A stretch of 64,000 nt of DNA from Gammaproteobacteria bacterium (GCA_965221695.1 OZ244905.1:2304001-2368000), one strand, 5' to 3'. Positions 30,301 to 38,414 are shown, counted from the stretch's first letter. Notes: generated by a model not told the origin, from the letters alone. A program made the numbers and translations.

Positions 30301-33241
30301 CGAGACAACACCCCCGCCGCCACCGCCACCGCCGCCGCCACCAAACAATGCGCCGGTCCTGCTGATGTCGGCCGGTGATCAGATATTGTTGGTGGATGAG
30401 AACCGGACTCTGGATATCATGGGCTTGTTTAACGACAGCGACGGCGATGTGCTGATCTACACGGCAACAACCGATGCCTCATCGATCGTGGCGGTGAATG
30501 TGGATTCGGCAGAGCGTTTGACCTTGACCGGCGTCGCGCTTGGCGAGACGAATGTCACGATAACAGTCTCAGACGGGCGCGGTGGCACGGCGAGCGACAC
30601 CTTCAAGGTAACGGTGGCGCCGCCGAATGAGGCGCCGGTGGTGGCAACGCCGCTGTCTGACCTGACGCTGGTAGTGGACCAGACGCAGCAGGTTGATGTG
30701 AGCGGCGCGTTCAGTGATGCAGACGGCGATGCGCTGACGTATACGGCAGTGTCTGCCGACGAGACGGTGGTCACGGTGACAGTAACCGGCAGCGCCCTGA
30801 CTTTAACCGGCGTATCTGTCGGTGCGGCGACCATCACGGTGACTGCGGATGACGGACGCGGCACGGCGAGCGACCTGTTCACGGTGACGGTCGCGTTGTC
30901 TAACGAGGCGCCGGAAGTGGCGACGCCGTTGTCTGACCAAACGCTTGACGTAGACCAGACGCAGCAGGTTGATATCAGCGCTACCTTTACCGATGCGGAC
31001 GGTGATGCGCTGACGTATACGGCGGTGTCTGCTGATACGTCCGTCGTCACGGTAGCGATAACCGGCGCTACCCTGACCCTGACCGGTACATCCGCCGGCG
31101 ATACGACTGTCACAGTGACCGCTGATGACGGGCGCGGCGGCACGGTGAGTGACCGGTTTGCCGTCACGGTCGTGATGCCGAACCGGGCGCCGGCCGTAGA
31201 CATGCCGCTGTCTGACCAGGGGATTGACGTAGACCAGGTCCAACAGGTTGACGTTAGCAATGCCTTCACCGATGCGGACGGCGATACGCTGACGTATACG
31301 GCGGTGTCGGATGATGAGACTATCGTAACGGTTACCCTGTCAGGCAGCGACCTGACCCTGACCGGTGTGTCGGTGGGCGTTGCAAACGTTACGGTAACGG
31401 CCGCAGATGAGACAGGCGAAGCCGTGAGTGATACGTTTGCGGTAACGGTAAGCGAGGCGCCGATTGATGCGGTACAGGTGACGGATGTACATGAAGACCT
31501 GTTGCCGCATTTGACCCTGTCGGTAATCGGACGCACCACGCAGGCGCTCAGTGATCGGATCAGCTCGGTACGTTCCGGGGCAGGTCAAACAAGCACGATA
31601 TTGGGCCGTTCTGTGAAGCCGTCGCCGAGCACGGAACCAGGGCAGCCTACTGCATATGGAGCAGAGTCCGGGTTACCGCTGCTGGATATGGAGGCGCTGC
31701 CTGAGGAAGAGGAAGCATTACCTGACCTTGGCGCCGGGGCAGAGACGCTGATCGGGATCGAGTCCGGGTCACTATTGTCTGGCACAACGAGTCGGGTCGG
31801 CCCGTCTGCGGGCGAGACCGGGCAGCCATTATCAGGCAATGAAGAACGACCGGCGCTGTCTGGCATAACACAGACATTCGGGCACAGCACACAGGCATTG
31901 CCGGGTACGGAGAGCCGGGTGGATCCGACCCTGGGCGGGTCCCGGACCGGCGGACGGACACAGAGAGCGCCGGATGTGTTCGATGTCTTTGACACGCCGG
32001 GCGGTTGGGAATACCGGCGGCGGTTCGACCTGCGCCAGTTGCTGAACCGGGCATCGTTTGTGCTGCCGCTGAATTTCGGGGCTGACGACGGTAGCGAATC
32101 CGGCGAGCCGGGTAAAGTGGTCACGTTATGGGGCGAGGGCAGTTACACCGACCTGCGCAGCAAGGGCAATAATGCGGTGACTTGGGACGGCGGCGTGGCG
32201 AATTTCCACTTGGGCGCGGATATCGAGGCGACCGAGCAGTTGCTGCTGGGCGCGGCCCTGTCCCGCACTGAGGGCCGGTTTGACTATACCGACCGCAGTG
32301 ATGCCCGGCGCGCCTTCACGGGGGATTACGACATCAGCCTGACGAGTCTGTATCCGTATGCGGACTGGATGGTGTCGCCGGACCTGAGTATCTGGGGCGC
32401 TTTGGGGTATGGTTTGGGCGAGTTGGACCTGACGGTGGACGATGAGGGGTACCGGCAGGAGTCTGATGTGGATATGTACTCGGCGGCATTGGGCGTGACG
32501 GGTCGTTTCTTCCGGCGTGGTGGTTGGCAGTTGGGTTACCAGGGCGAGGCGATGTATGCGGCAATGTCGGTCGAGGATGCGCCGGATATCGATGTGCAGC
32601 GTGTGCGGGCGGTATTGGAGGGCAGGCATATGGCGGCGATGGAGGCGGGGCAGTTTGAGCAGTTTGCCGAGTTGGGCGTGCGTATTGACGGCGGCGATGC
32701 GCAAAGCGGGGCCGGGTTGGACCTGGCCGGTGGTGTGCGCTATGCGACGGACACGGGCTGGGCGTTACAGTTGCGCGGCGCCGGGTTGCTGGCGAACTCG
32801 AATTACCGTGAGTGGCAGGTGAGCGGGTTGTTGGAGAAGGCGTACCAGGCGGACGGCACCGGTTGGATGCTGCGGTTGACGCCGCATTACAGTCCGGTCC
32901 GCAGTCTGGGCAGCATTGAGGGCGGCGCCCGGCAGTTGTGGGAGCGTAATATTGACGACATGGTGCGCGGCCAGCGCAGTCCGACTTCGGATGAGTACCG
33001 GTTCGGCATGGAGACGGAGGTGGGCTATGGCCTGTTCATCCGAGACCGGTTATGGACCGTATACAGCCGCACTACGGGCTTGGGCGAACGTTCCCGCCGG
33101 TTCATGCTGGGCACGGAGATGAGCGACGTGTTACTGGGTGGCAGTGTACTGCGGGTAGGATTTGAAGGCGTGCGCGAAGAATCCTGGAACATATCACCGG
33201 AGCACAGCTTCTGGCTGAACCTGCAGTGGGGTTACAGGTAA
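21323..33241 (+). CDS. Giant surface adhesin (~3970 aa): FN3, He_PIG/Ig and cadherin-like repeats with a C-terminal autotransporter-like beta-barrel
   Basis: Signal peptide ending ASAQA; ~14 FN3 repeats (APTGL..VTLTW..KYQ..GLTNGT.Y.FEIRAVN); 4 Ig units (GLTFDA..RTLTGTPT..YTYTATDADGD); DADGD Ca-binding-type motifs; amphipathic beta-strands at the C-terminus. Start codon uncertain. Confidence 0.88.
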   Translation: MVIYGSRVGAFLRGFLLIFRKPLRFFQAVPAVCLGLACLLAVSASAQAQQARTLTFTFSDDGSTVSIDAAGSLDFSASGSLPDSTIGIEDAIYFDDTDIWAIGADSSGLNSLMGQYQLSGLTTTVVEPFSGSPTAENLPNYSAEFFLRFSTFHNRMRVDPDNLTGTIYDPTGDRVTFTGTLQSTLGDNDFHIEHAFGNQKIVFKTAAPATVPPAAPTGLSAAPGDTEATLTWANPNDSSITKYQVRYGAGSTVPATATWGDISGSDDETTTHTVTGLTNTTQYAFEIRAVNVTGNSDASATVTTTPALAIPDAPTSLTATAGNAQVTLTWTNPTNASTLTNIQVRYKATADLPFNDNTDTWTDLAATTTTYTATGLTNGTGYTFAVRATNTAGNSTPATATATPTLPAPSAPTGLSAAAGDTQVTLNWTDPNDDTITKYQVRYGAGSTVPATATWGDITGSGATTISHDVTGLTNGTQYAFEIRAVNATGNSDASATVTTTPTAPTPVRTLTFTFSDDGATTTIAASGSLDMSGFTDVGDTVPQHVIYIKIDDTDELWAFHPASLSNGAPSRRYEDLPDFIKTGLSSYTGYTEILNLANYSNDFTILFNTYRKYMVVDKASLNGDIYNPTGKTVTYSGTVLDTLGDNDFHIELALGNQKIVYTATPPPAPAAPTNLSATAGDTEVTLNWANPNDSSITKYQFRQAQGATVPDSTAWTDITGSGATTTSHKVTGLTNTTQYAFQIRAVNANGDSDASGTVTATPALAVPAAPTEFSATAGNAQASLSWTLPTNASVIGDVQVRWKATADLPFNDATDTWTGLSDGTATSYIATGLTNGTGYTFEVRATNTAGNGAAATATATPAMPPAAPTGLAATAGDSTVTLNWTNPNDSNITTYQLRYGAGATVPATATWGDIAGTTSHTVTGLTNGTQYAFEIRAVNAGGPGPASEHVVMRPGPPLQPSGFQVVGGNAQVTLSWDDPPSDTTITRYQLRRKVGTSFSDSDTWSDIANSGPTITTHTVTGLTNGATWAFQIRAVNAAGAGPASETLTMLPRASNRAPVFRGAVFRSDGEVLSSSYRNARLTKGFSPRFSDPDGDELTFTWTTNPPQANIDVRIEGPGWSTVNPESQYLRYRATGPVERTTLTLTGTDPYGLSVSTSTVVTTSNTAPKAKSPPYPDQTLAVGNTLTVNLTDMFIDDEGDNIRLFLRTPDNGNNIDTTALDWGAISVLAHTPGEEVFSVTVKDIFGAEASDSFKVTVIAAAAKPTGLTAASGNGQAVLTWTDPGDSSITKYQLRHKAGTSFSNSDDSLWTDITGSGASTTSHTVTGLTSGTAYVFQVRALNAGGVGTPSDEAVLRLGAPLQPSGFRVLGGNAQVTLSWSDPSDATITRYQLRRKEGTSFSPSDDSLWADIANSGATTTTHTVSGLTNGTTWAFQVRAVNANGAGPASETLTMLPRANNRAPVLGGSVFGSDGVVLPSRYRNVRLTKGFGPRFSDPDGDELTFTWTANPPQANLDVLIAEPGYSDAYPDAHYLRYRATGAVERTTLTLTGTDPYGLSVSTSAVVTTSNTAPKAKSPPYPDQTLAVGNTLRVNLTDMFVDDEGDRIRLYLRTPDNGNNVNTRAIDWGAFRVIAHTPGEEAIEVTVDDIFRGEASDIFKVTVIAAAAKPAGFTATSGDTQAELAWTDPGDSGITKYQSRHKAGTSFSDGDDSLWTDIDDSGASTTSHTVTGLTNGTAYVFQIRAVNAGGPGAASDTTTATPVTDLMPDFGTATVADQSYVQNTQITTLNLPQATGGDGTLTYSLSPDAPDGLAFDAANRTLSGTPTTGQAATAYTYTATDADGDTASLTFNITVMALPDKPTGLTSVGTDAKVTLSWTNPGDATITKYQVRHAAAAFVPEETIWTDITGSGAGTTSHDVTGLTNGTRYAFEIRAVNAGGAGAAATIRGTPVMARTLTYTFSDDGATVTIAASGSVDLRGFDFNETSSLVPGGQQSIKIDASDSGASNVWAIQPPNDIWVRTYASLPNFVTTGRGSYEGSSSLSQMMGYSANFHIRFETSGNFLQLDDANLSGYIYEISDGVATFTGTLDGLLDDDFRVEHTIGNQKIVFTSAAPGALPNAPNLTAATAGDTQVELTWTDPGDASITKYQVRHGEGQTVPSSATWADITGSGATTTTHTVMGLTNGKAYAFEIRAVNASGYSDASNTVSATPLAKPSAPAGLAAAAGNAKATLTWTDPGNASITKYQVRYGAGSSVPATANWEDIPGSGATTVRHEVTGLTNGTQYAFEIRAVNASGGSDASDTVTATPASGVPSFGDQTVDDQNYILNTAIATLTLPAATSDEVPLTYSLTPNAPAGLAFDATNRSLTGTPTAVQSETAYTYTATDSDGDAVSLTFNITIAANEMPDFGTATVADQSYTQNTAITTLNLPAATGGDGTLTYTLTPDAPAGLTFDAANRRLTGTPTGTQAATAYTYTATDADGDTASLTFNITITALPVPSAPTDLAAAAGNAQATLTWTDPGNDSITKYQVRYGEGATVPSTATWADIPGSGATTVRHEVTGLTNGTEHAFEVRAVNASGEGAAAGPVTATPAADTTPSFGTATVADQSYTQNTVVTTLNLPAATGGDAPLTYTLTPTPPAGLTFDASARTLTGTPTTAQTAAEYTYKVTDNDGDAAELKFNIRVAANLTLTGLADATVNENVAHTDAATLTNAIGAVTWSLGGTDGGLFRLTATSAAGATVNLAGQDYENPADDGANNTYVYTLTATDSDGNSVTSDPYTVTVSDVNETANLTLTGLADATVNENVAHTDAATLTNAIGAVTWSLGGTDGGLFRLTATSAAGATVNLAGQDYENPADDGANNTYVYTLTATDSDGNSVTSDPYTVTVSDVNETANLTLTGLADATVNENVAHTDAATLANAIGAVTWSLGGTDGGLFRLTATSATGATVNLAGQDYENPADDGANNTYVYTLTATDSDGNSVTSDPYTVTVDDVDETTPPPPPPPPPPPNNAPVLLMSAGDQILLVDENRTLDIMGLFNDSDGDVLIYTATTDASSIVAVNVDSAERLTLTGVALGETNVTITVSDGRGGTASDTFKVTVAPPNEAPVVATPLSDLTLVVDQTQQVDVSGAFSDADGDALTYTAVSADETVVTVTVTGSALTLTGVSVGAATITVTADDGRGTASDLFTVTVALSNEAPEVATPLSDQTLDVDQTQQVDISATFTDADGDALTYTAVSADTSVVTVAITGATLTLTGTSAGDTTVTVTADDGRGGTVSDRFAVTVVMPNRAPAVDMPLSDQGIDVDQVQQVDVSNAFTDADGDTLTYTAVSDDETIVTVTLSGSDLTLTGVSVGVANVTVTAADETGEAVSDTFAVTVSEAPIDAVQVTDVHEDLLPHLTLSVIGRTTQALSDRISSVRSGAGQTSTILGRSVKPSPSTEPGQPTAYGAESGLPLLDMEALPEEEEALPDLGAGAETLIGIESGSLLSGTTSRVGPSAGETGQPLSGNEERPALSGITQTFGHSTQALPGTESRVDPTLGGSRTGGRTQRAPDVFDVFDTPGGWEYRRRFDLRQLLNRASFVLPLNFGADDGSESGEPGKVVTLWGEGSYTDLRSKGNNAVTWDGGVANFHLGADIEATEQLLLGAALSRTEGRFDYTDRSDARRAFTGDYDISLTSLYPYADWMVSPDLSIWGALGYGLGELDLTVDDEGYRQESDVDMYSAALGVTGRFFRRGGWQLGYQGEAMYAAMSVEDAPDIDVQRVRAVLEGRHMAAMEAGQFEQFAELGVRIDGGDAQSGAGLDLAGGVRYATDTGWALQLRGAGLLANSNYREWQVSGLLEKAYQADGTGWMLRLTPHYSPVRSLGSIEGGARQLWERNIDDMVRGQRSPTSDEYRFGMETEVGYGLFIRDRLWTVYSRTTGLGERSRRFMLGTEMSDVLLGGSVLRVGFEGVREESWNISPEHSFWLNLQWGYR
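29372..30305 (+). repeat. Three near-identical 312-bp tandem repeats (cadherin-like domain)
   Basis: GCGAACCTGACGCTGACGGGCCTGGCCGA at 29372, 29684 and 29996. Confidence 0.92.
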
Positions 33242-33556
33242 TAAAGAGTCGCCCTGCGGGCGACACAGTGTTCGACTGGACTCCCACTTTCGTGGGAGTG
33301 GTAAGGTGGTGTGGCGCACGGGAGTGCCCCCACCCCCATTCCCGTGGAAACGGGAATCCAGTGAGACAAAGAGTCGCCCTGCGGGCGACACAGTGTTCGA
33401 CTGGACTCCCACTTTCGTGGGAGTGGTAAGGTGGTGTGGCGCACGGGAGTGCCCCCACCCCCATTCCCGTGGAAACGGGAATCCAGGTAAACTAAGGGGT
33501 CGCCCTTCGGGCGACACAGCATTCCACTGGACTCCCGTTTGCACGGGAGTGGTAAA
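33242..33556. repeat. REP-doublet cluster (~2.5 units)
   Basis: Same three-hairpin unit, starting immediately after the adhesin stop codon. Confidence 0.9.
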
Positions 33557-33624
33557 GTGGCGGGGTGTATTGGAGCGCGTGCATCCTTGAACCGTAGAAG
33601 CCTCTGACATAAACAGGTTCCGTA

Positions 33625-35322
33625 ATGCAAAAAATTAGCGTGATTATTCTGGTAGTCGCCCTGACAGCGCTGGCTGGCTGTTCTGATCAGGCTGCCACAG
33701 ACAACCCCGACCCGCGACCTAACATTTTGTTGATTATAGCCGATGACCTGGGTTATTCCGACCTGGGCAGATTCGGCGGCGAGATCAATACGCCGGAGTT
33801 GGATGCGCTGGCGGATGCCGGCAAGATGCTGACCCACTTCCACGTCGCGCCTACCTGTTCGCCCACCCGGGCCATGTTGATGTCCGGCGCAGACGCCCAT
33901 CGCGCCGGGCTGGGAACCATGAACGGGCTCTGGTCCGATGAACAAAAAGGCAAACCCGGCTACGAGGGCTTCCTGAACAAGGATATCGTTACTTTCGTGA
34001 GACTGCTCAAGGAAGCCGGCTATCACACCTATATGTCGGGCAAGTGGCAACTGGGTTACGAGGAAGGATACTATCCCCTGGACCGGGGTTTCGAGGAAGC
34101 TTTCTGGCTGGAACATGGCGGCGCGAGTCATTTCGCCGATATGAAGGGGATTACCGAATATCCGGCGGTCGCGCACTGGTCGGAGGGCAGGACGCGGTTA
34201 AAGACATTACCCGAGGATTTTTACTCGTCCGTTAATTTTACCGATAAGATGATTGAATACATCGATAAAAACCGCACGGACGGCAAACCGTTCTTCGCCT
34301 ACGCCGCATATACCGCGCCCCACTGGCCGTTGCAAGCGCCCCGGGAGTATATCGATAAGTATGAGGGAGTTTATGATCAGGGTTACGATGCCATTCGCAA
34401 CCAACGCCTCGAACGTATGCGGGCCGCCGGCCTGGTCGAGGCAGGACAGGTACCCGCCGCACAGCATCCCGAATGGCCTGGCTGGGATGAGCTTGACAGC
34501 GAGCAGAAGAAACTGGAAGTGCGCAGGATGCAGGTTTACGCGGCGATGGTGGATGCGCTCGACGAAAATATCGGCCGCTTGATCCGGTACCTGAAAGACA
34601 CGGGAGAGTATGAAAACACCTTTATCCTGTTTTTCTCCGATAACGGCGCTGAAGGCAACAATCCGCTTGATATCTATACAAATCCTGACTGGGTCCCTGC
34701 CAATTTCGATAACAGCTATGAAAACATGGGCAAGTCGGGTTCTTATCATTCCACCGGGCCGGGTTGGGCGCATGTGAGCAACACGCCGTTCCATATGTAT
34801 AAAGGTTTCCCCACCCAGGGCGGCCTGCTGTCGCCTGCCATTGCGGTATATCCGGGAAAGATCGAGGCCGGCAGCCGGTCCGATGCCTTTATCACCATCC
34901 TGGATGTGGCGCCTGCTTTGCTGCAATTGGCAGGCGTCTCCCATCCTGCCCCGGAATTTCAGGGCCGCCGGGTTCACCCGTTGATTGGCCAGTCATTCTA
35001 TCCGCACCTGATCGGTGAGCAGCCGTTTGTCCATAACCAGGAATATGTATATGGTCTTGAGCTGTTCAACCGGCGTATGATCCGCCAGGGTGACTGGAAA
35101 CTCCTGTGGAATAACCGGCCCTGGGGCAACGAGGCTTGGGAGTTGTACAACCTGGAGGATGACCCGGGGGAGCAGAATGACCTGGCGCAGTCCCGGCCCG
35201 GGAAATTACAGGATATGCTGGTGTTGTGGGAACAATACGTCGACGAAAATGACGTGTTTGTGTTTGATGGGTTGAAAATACGTTTTACCAATGGGAAGAA
35301 TCATTATGTCTATGACCAGTAA
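33625..35322 (+). CDS. Arylsulfatase (AtsA-like), probable lipoprotein
   Basis: LAGC lipobox, PNILLIIADDLG, CSPTR formylglycine motif, YTAPHWPLQA, FSDNG. Confidence 0.93.
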   Translation: MQKISVIILVVALTALAGCSDQAATDNPDPRPNILLIIADDLGYSDLGRFGGEINTPELDALADAGKMLTHFHVAPTCSPTRAMLMSGADAHRAGLGTMNGLWSDEQKGKPGYEGFLNKDIVTFVRLLKEAGYHTYMSGKWQLGYEEGYYPLDRGFEEAFWLEHGGASHFADMKGITEYPAVAHWSEGRTRLKTLPEDFYSSVNFTDKMIEYIDKNRTDGKPFFAYAAYTAPHWPLQAPREYIDKYEGVYDQGYDAIRNQRLERMRAAGLVEAGQVPAAQHPEWPGWDELDSEQKKLEVRRMQVYAAMVDALDENIGRLIRYLKDTGEYENTFILFFSDNGAEGNNPLDIYTNPDWVPANFDNSYENMGKSGSYHSTGPGWAHVSNTPFHMYKGFPTQGGLLSPAIAVYPGKIEAGSRSDAFITILDVAPALLQLAGVSHPAPEFQGRRVHPLIGQSFYPHLIGEQPFVHNQEYVYGLELFNRRMIRQGDWKLLWNNRPWGNEAWELYNLEDDPGEQNDLAQSRPGKLQDMLVLWEQYVDENDVFVFDGLKIRFTNGKNHYVYDQ

Positions 35323-37021
35323 TGCGTTGAAATTTGCAAGACTTATCCTGCTGTTGGCGCTGGTTTACAGCGGCGGTTGCGCTGAGCCCGCACAGGAGAC
35401 GGTCTATACCAACGGCTTTATCTACACGGTGAATCCAGAACAACCAACAGCCGAAGCAGTGGCGGTCAGGGACGGGGTGATCGTTGCGGTAGGTAGTAAC
35501 GAGGAAACACTGGCACAGGCCTCGGATCGGGCGCGGGTTGTGGACCTTGACGGCAAGATGTTGATGCCGGGGATCCACGACATGCATGCTCACCCGATGG
35601 AGGCCGGTGAAAAATACAACTTCCAGTGCGGGTTCCCGTTTACTTTCACGGTGGAGCAGATCGTCGCGAAACTGACCGAGTGCGCGGCCGAAACACCTCC
35701 CGGCGAGTGGATTCGCGGCGGCCAATGGGCGATGGAGCTGATGGAAACCGACACGGTGCCCCACAAGGACATCCTCGATGCAATCACCCGGGACCATCCG
35801 ATTTACCTGGGCGATTCGACCGTGCATGCCGCCTGGCTGAATTCACTGGCCCTGGCCGAAATGGGGATCGATGCGAACACTCCGGACCCGCAGGGCGGCG
35901 TAATCATCAGGGAACAGGGCAGCATGGAGCCGACCGGTATCCTGGTCGATAACGCGGCCTATAACATCATATCGAAGTTGCCGGCCTATACCGAGGAACA
36001 ATACAAGGATGCGTTGGAATGGTCGATGCGTGAAATGAACAAGGTCGGCGTCACCACGATCAAGGACGCGCTGACGGACGGGCGTTCACTGAAAGCCTAC
36101 AAGGGACTGGACGAGAGTGGCCGGCTGACGATGAAAGTCAGTACCAGTATTGCCTGGAGAATGCTCTGGACCGATTACGAGAAGAACGTCAGCGAGCGCG
36201 CCGAGTACGCAACGGAGAATGTCGGTACGGAATTCATCAAGATCATGCTGGATGGCATCCCGCCGACCCGCACCTCGGCAATGCTGGATCCATATCTGCC
36301 GGACGACAAGCATGGCGACAGTTTCACCGGCAAGCTGATCCATTCTCCCGAGCGTTTGACCGAAGACATGATCTACCTGGACGGCCAGGGCTTGACGGTG
36401 AAGGTTCACGCCACCGGCGACCGCGCAGTCAGGGTCACGCTGGATGCCGTTGAGGCGGCGCGCAAGGCCAACGGCGACTCGGGGATGATGCACGAGATTT
36501 CCCATGCGGAGCTGATCCATCCGGATGATATCCCTCGCTTCAAGCAGTTGAATGTGATCGCGGAATTCTCGCCGATCCTGTGGTACCCATCCCCGCTGGT
36601 GGCGGTTATGACCGGGGTGATCGGAGAAGAAAGAGCAAACCGGTTCTGGCCGACTAAACAACTGCTGGAGGCCGGCGCGCACATCATCTACGGTTCCGAT
36701 TGGCCGTCGGTAGTGCCCGACCCCAACCCCTGGCCGGGCATCGAGGCGATGGTGACCCGGCGCGACCCCTATGGCAACTCCCCGGGCGCGTTATGGCTGG
36801 AACAAGCGGTTGACCTGGAGACGGCGTTGCGGATATTCACCGCCAACGGCGCGGTGGCCGGTAAGCAGCCGGCGCGCACAGGCATGATCGAGGTCGGCAA
36901 GTCCGCCGATTTCATCGTCCTCGACCGGAACCTGTTCGAGATCCCGCCGGAGGACATCAGCAACACACAGGTCCTGCTGACAGTGGTATCAGGCCAGGAA
37001 GTCTACCGCGCGGAGCAGTAA
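35312..37021 (+). CDS. Amidohydrolase 3 family (YtcJ-like)
   Basis: PGIHDMHAH, VHATGDRA, GSDWP, GKSADFIVLDRN; start codon uncertain (35291, 35306 or 35312). Confidence 0.9.
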   Translation: MTSNALKFARLILLLALVYSGGCAEPAQETVYTNGFIYTVNPEQPTAEAVAVRDGVIVAVGSNEETLAQASDRARVVDLDGKMLMPGIHDMHAHPMEAGEKYNFQCGFPFTFTVEQIVAKLTECAAETPPGEWIRGGQWAMELMETDTVPHKDILDAITRDHPIYLGDSTVHAAWLNSLALAEMGIDANTPDPQGGVIIREQGSMEPTGILVDNAAYNIISKLPAYTEEQYKDALEWSMREMNKVGVTTIKDALTDGRSLKAYKGLDESGRLTMKVSTSIAWRMLWTDYEKNVSERAEYATENVGTEFIKIMLDGIPPTRTSAMLDPYLPDDKHGDSFTGKLIHSPERLTEDMIYLDGQGLTVKVHATGDRAVRVTLDAVEAARKANGDSGMMHEISHAELIHPDDIPRFKQLNVIAEFSPILWYPSPLVAVMTGVIGEERANRFWPTKQLLEAGAHIIYGSDWPSVVPDPNPWPGIEAMVTRRDPYGNSPGALWLEQAVDLETALRIFTANGAVAGKQPARTGMIEVGKSADFIVLDRNLFEIPPEDISNTQVLLTVVSGQEVYRAEQ

Positions 37022-37204
37022 GCCGCCAGTAAAACGATGTCCGGTCATCCCGGCCGGGCTGGGCGATATGGATGTCGGCGTGGTTACCCTGGATACCGCT
37101 GGTCAGATGTAGGGAACCGGGACAAAGTTATGGCAACTGAATCCTGAACAGACCGAAGCCGAACAAAGTTTGACGCAAGGTTTACGTTGGCAATAAGCAA
37201 ATAA

Positions 37205-37241
37205 CCTTGAAAATCGGTAGTTGATCTAACGATTTTCAAGG
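37205..37241. promoter_or_regulatory. Inverted repeat, candidate operator upstream of the AAA ATPase gene
   Basis: CCTTGAAAATCG-13nt-CGATTTTCAAGG ending 15 nt before the ATG. Confidence 0.5.
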
Positions 37242-37256
37242 AATATCATATCGACC

Positions 37257-38414
37257 ATGTTGCTAGAACGCCCCCAGGCTATCGCCGCTATCAACGCCGC
37301 TTTTCGTGTCCACCAGGCTGTGGCATTAACCGGCCCGCGCCAATGTGGCAAGACTACCCTGGCGCGCATGTTTGCTGAAGATGAGCCGGCAGTCACGTTT
37401 TACGACCTGGAGAAAGCGGTTGACCGCCGGAAACTGGAAGCGCCCGAACAGACCCTGTCGCAACTGGCCGGCCTGGTTATTATAGATGAAGTGCAACGAC
37501 AACCGCAGTTGTTTGAAGTGATGCGTGTGTTGTTGGACCAAACTGCATACACAACTCGCTTCCTGCTGTTGGGCAGCGCCTCATTTGGGCTGATAAAAGA
37601 TGTGTCAGAGACGCTGGCCGGGCGCGTCGGACTGGTAGATTTGTCCGGTTTCAATCTGAGCGAAACGGGAACTGAGCGTTGGCAAAAACTATGGCTCCAG
37701 GGTGGTTTCCCGCGCAGCTATCTTGCAGCGGATGACGCTGATTCTGCTCTGTGGCGACAGAATTTTACCCGGACTTTTCTTGAGCGGGATATCCCGCAAT
37801 TTGGAATCTCCATTCCCACCGAGTCGCTCTGGCGTTTCTGGACCATGATTGCGCATTATCATGGTCAGGTATGGAATGCGGCGGAGTTTGCCCGCTCCAT
37901 GGGCAATAGTGAGGCGACCGCGCGCCGATATCTCGATATACTGTGCGGGGCTTACATGGTCAGAGCGCTGACACCCTGGCATGAGAACCTGAAGAAACGC
38001 CAGGTAAAATCCCCCAAAGTGTACCTGCGCGACAGCGGCCTGTTGCATACATTATTGAACCTTGACTCGTTCGATGCGCTTAGTGGCCACCCCAAACTTG
38101 GGGCTTCCTTCGAGGGGTTTGTTATCGAACAACTGCTGGCTGCGTTGAATACGACAAATCCGAGTTTTTGGGCGACCCACGGCGGCGCTGAGTTGGACTT
38201 GCTGGTTACCATTGCCGGCAAACGCTACGGATTCGAATGCAAGTATAACGATGCGCCGGGAACTTATCGCTCAATGCACACTGCTATAAATGACCTGCGC
38301 CTGCAACACCTTTGGGTCATTTATCCCGGCGCTGAGGCGTATGACCTCACCGACAAGATCTCAGCCCTGCCGGTAACGGGTATTATCCGACTGGCAGAGC
38401 AACTGGCGAGCTGA
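37257..38414 (+). CDS. AAA_14 + DUF4143 ATP-binding protein
   Basis: GPRQCGKT, IIDEVQ, LLGSA, GGFP, KSPKVYLRDSG, ELDL...FECK nuclease-like C-terminus. Confidence 0.92.
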   Translation: MLLERPQAIAAINAAFRVHQAVALTGPRQCGKTTLARMFAEDEPAVTFYDLEKAVDRRKLEAPEQTLSQLAGLVIIDEVQRQPQLFEVMRVLLDQTAYTTRFLLLGSASFGLIKDVSETLAGRVGLVDLSGFNLSETGTERWQKLWLQGGFPRSYLAADDADSALWRQNFTRTFLERDIPQFGISIPTESLWRFWTMIAHYHGQVWNAAEFARSMGNSEATARRYLDILCGAYMVRALTPWHENLKKRQVKSPKVYLRDSGLLHTLLNLDSFDALSGHPKLGASFEGFVIEQLLAALNTTNPSFWATHGGAELDLLVTIAGKRYGFECKYNDAPGTYRSMHTAINDLRLQHLWVIYPGAEAYDLTDKISALPVTGIIRLAEQLAS

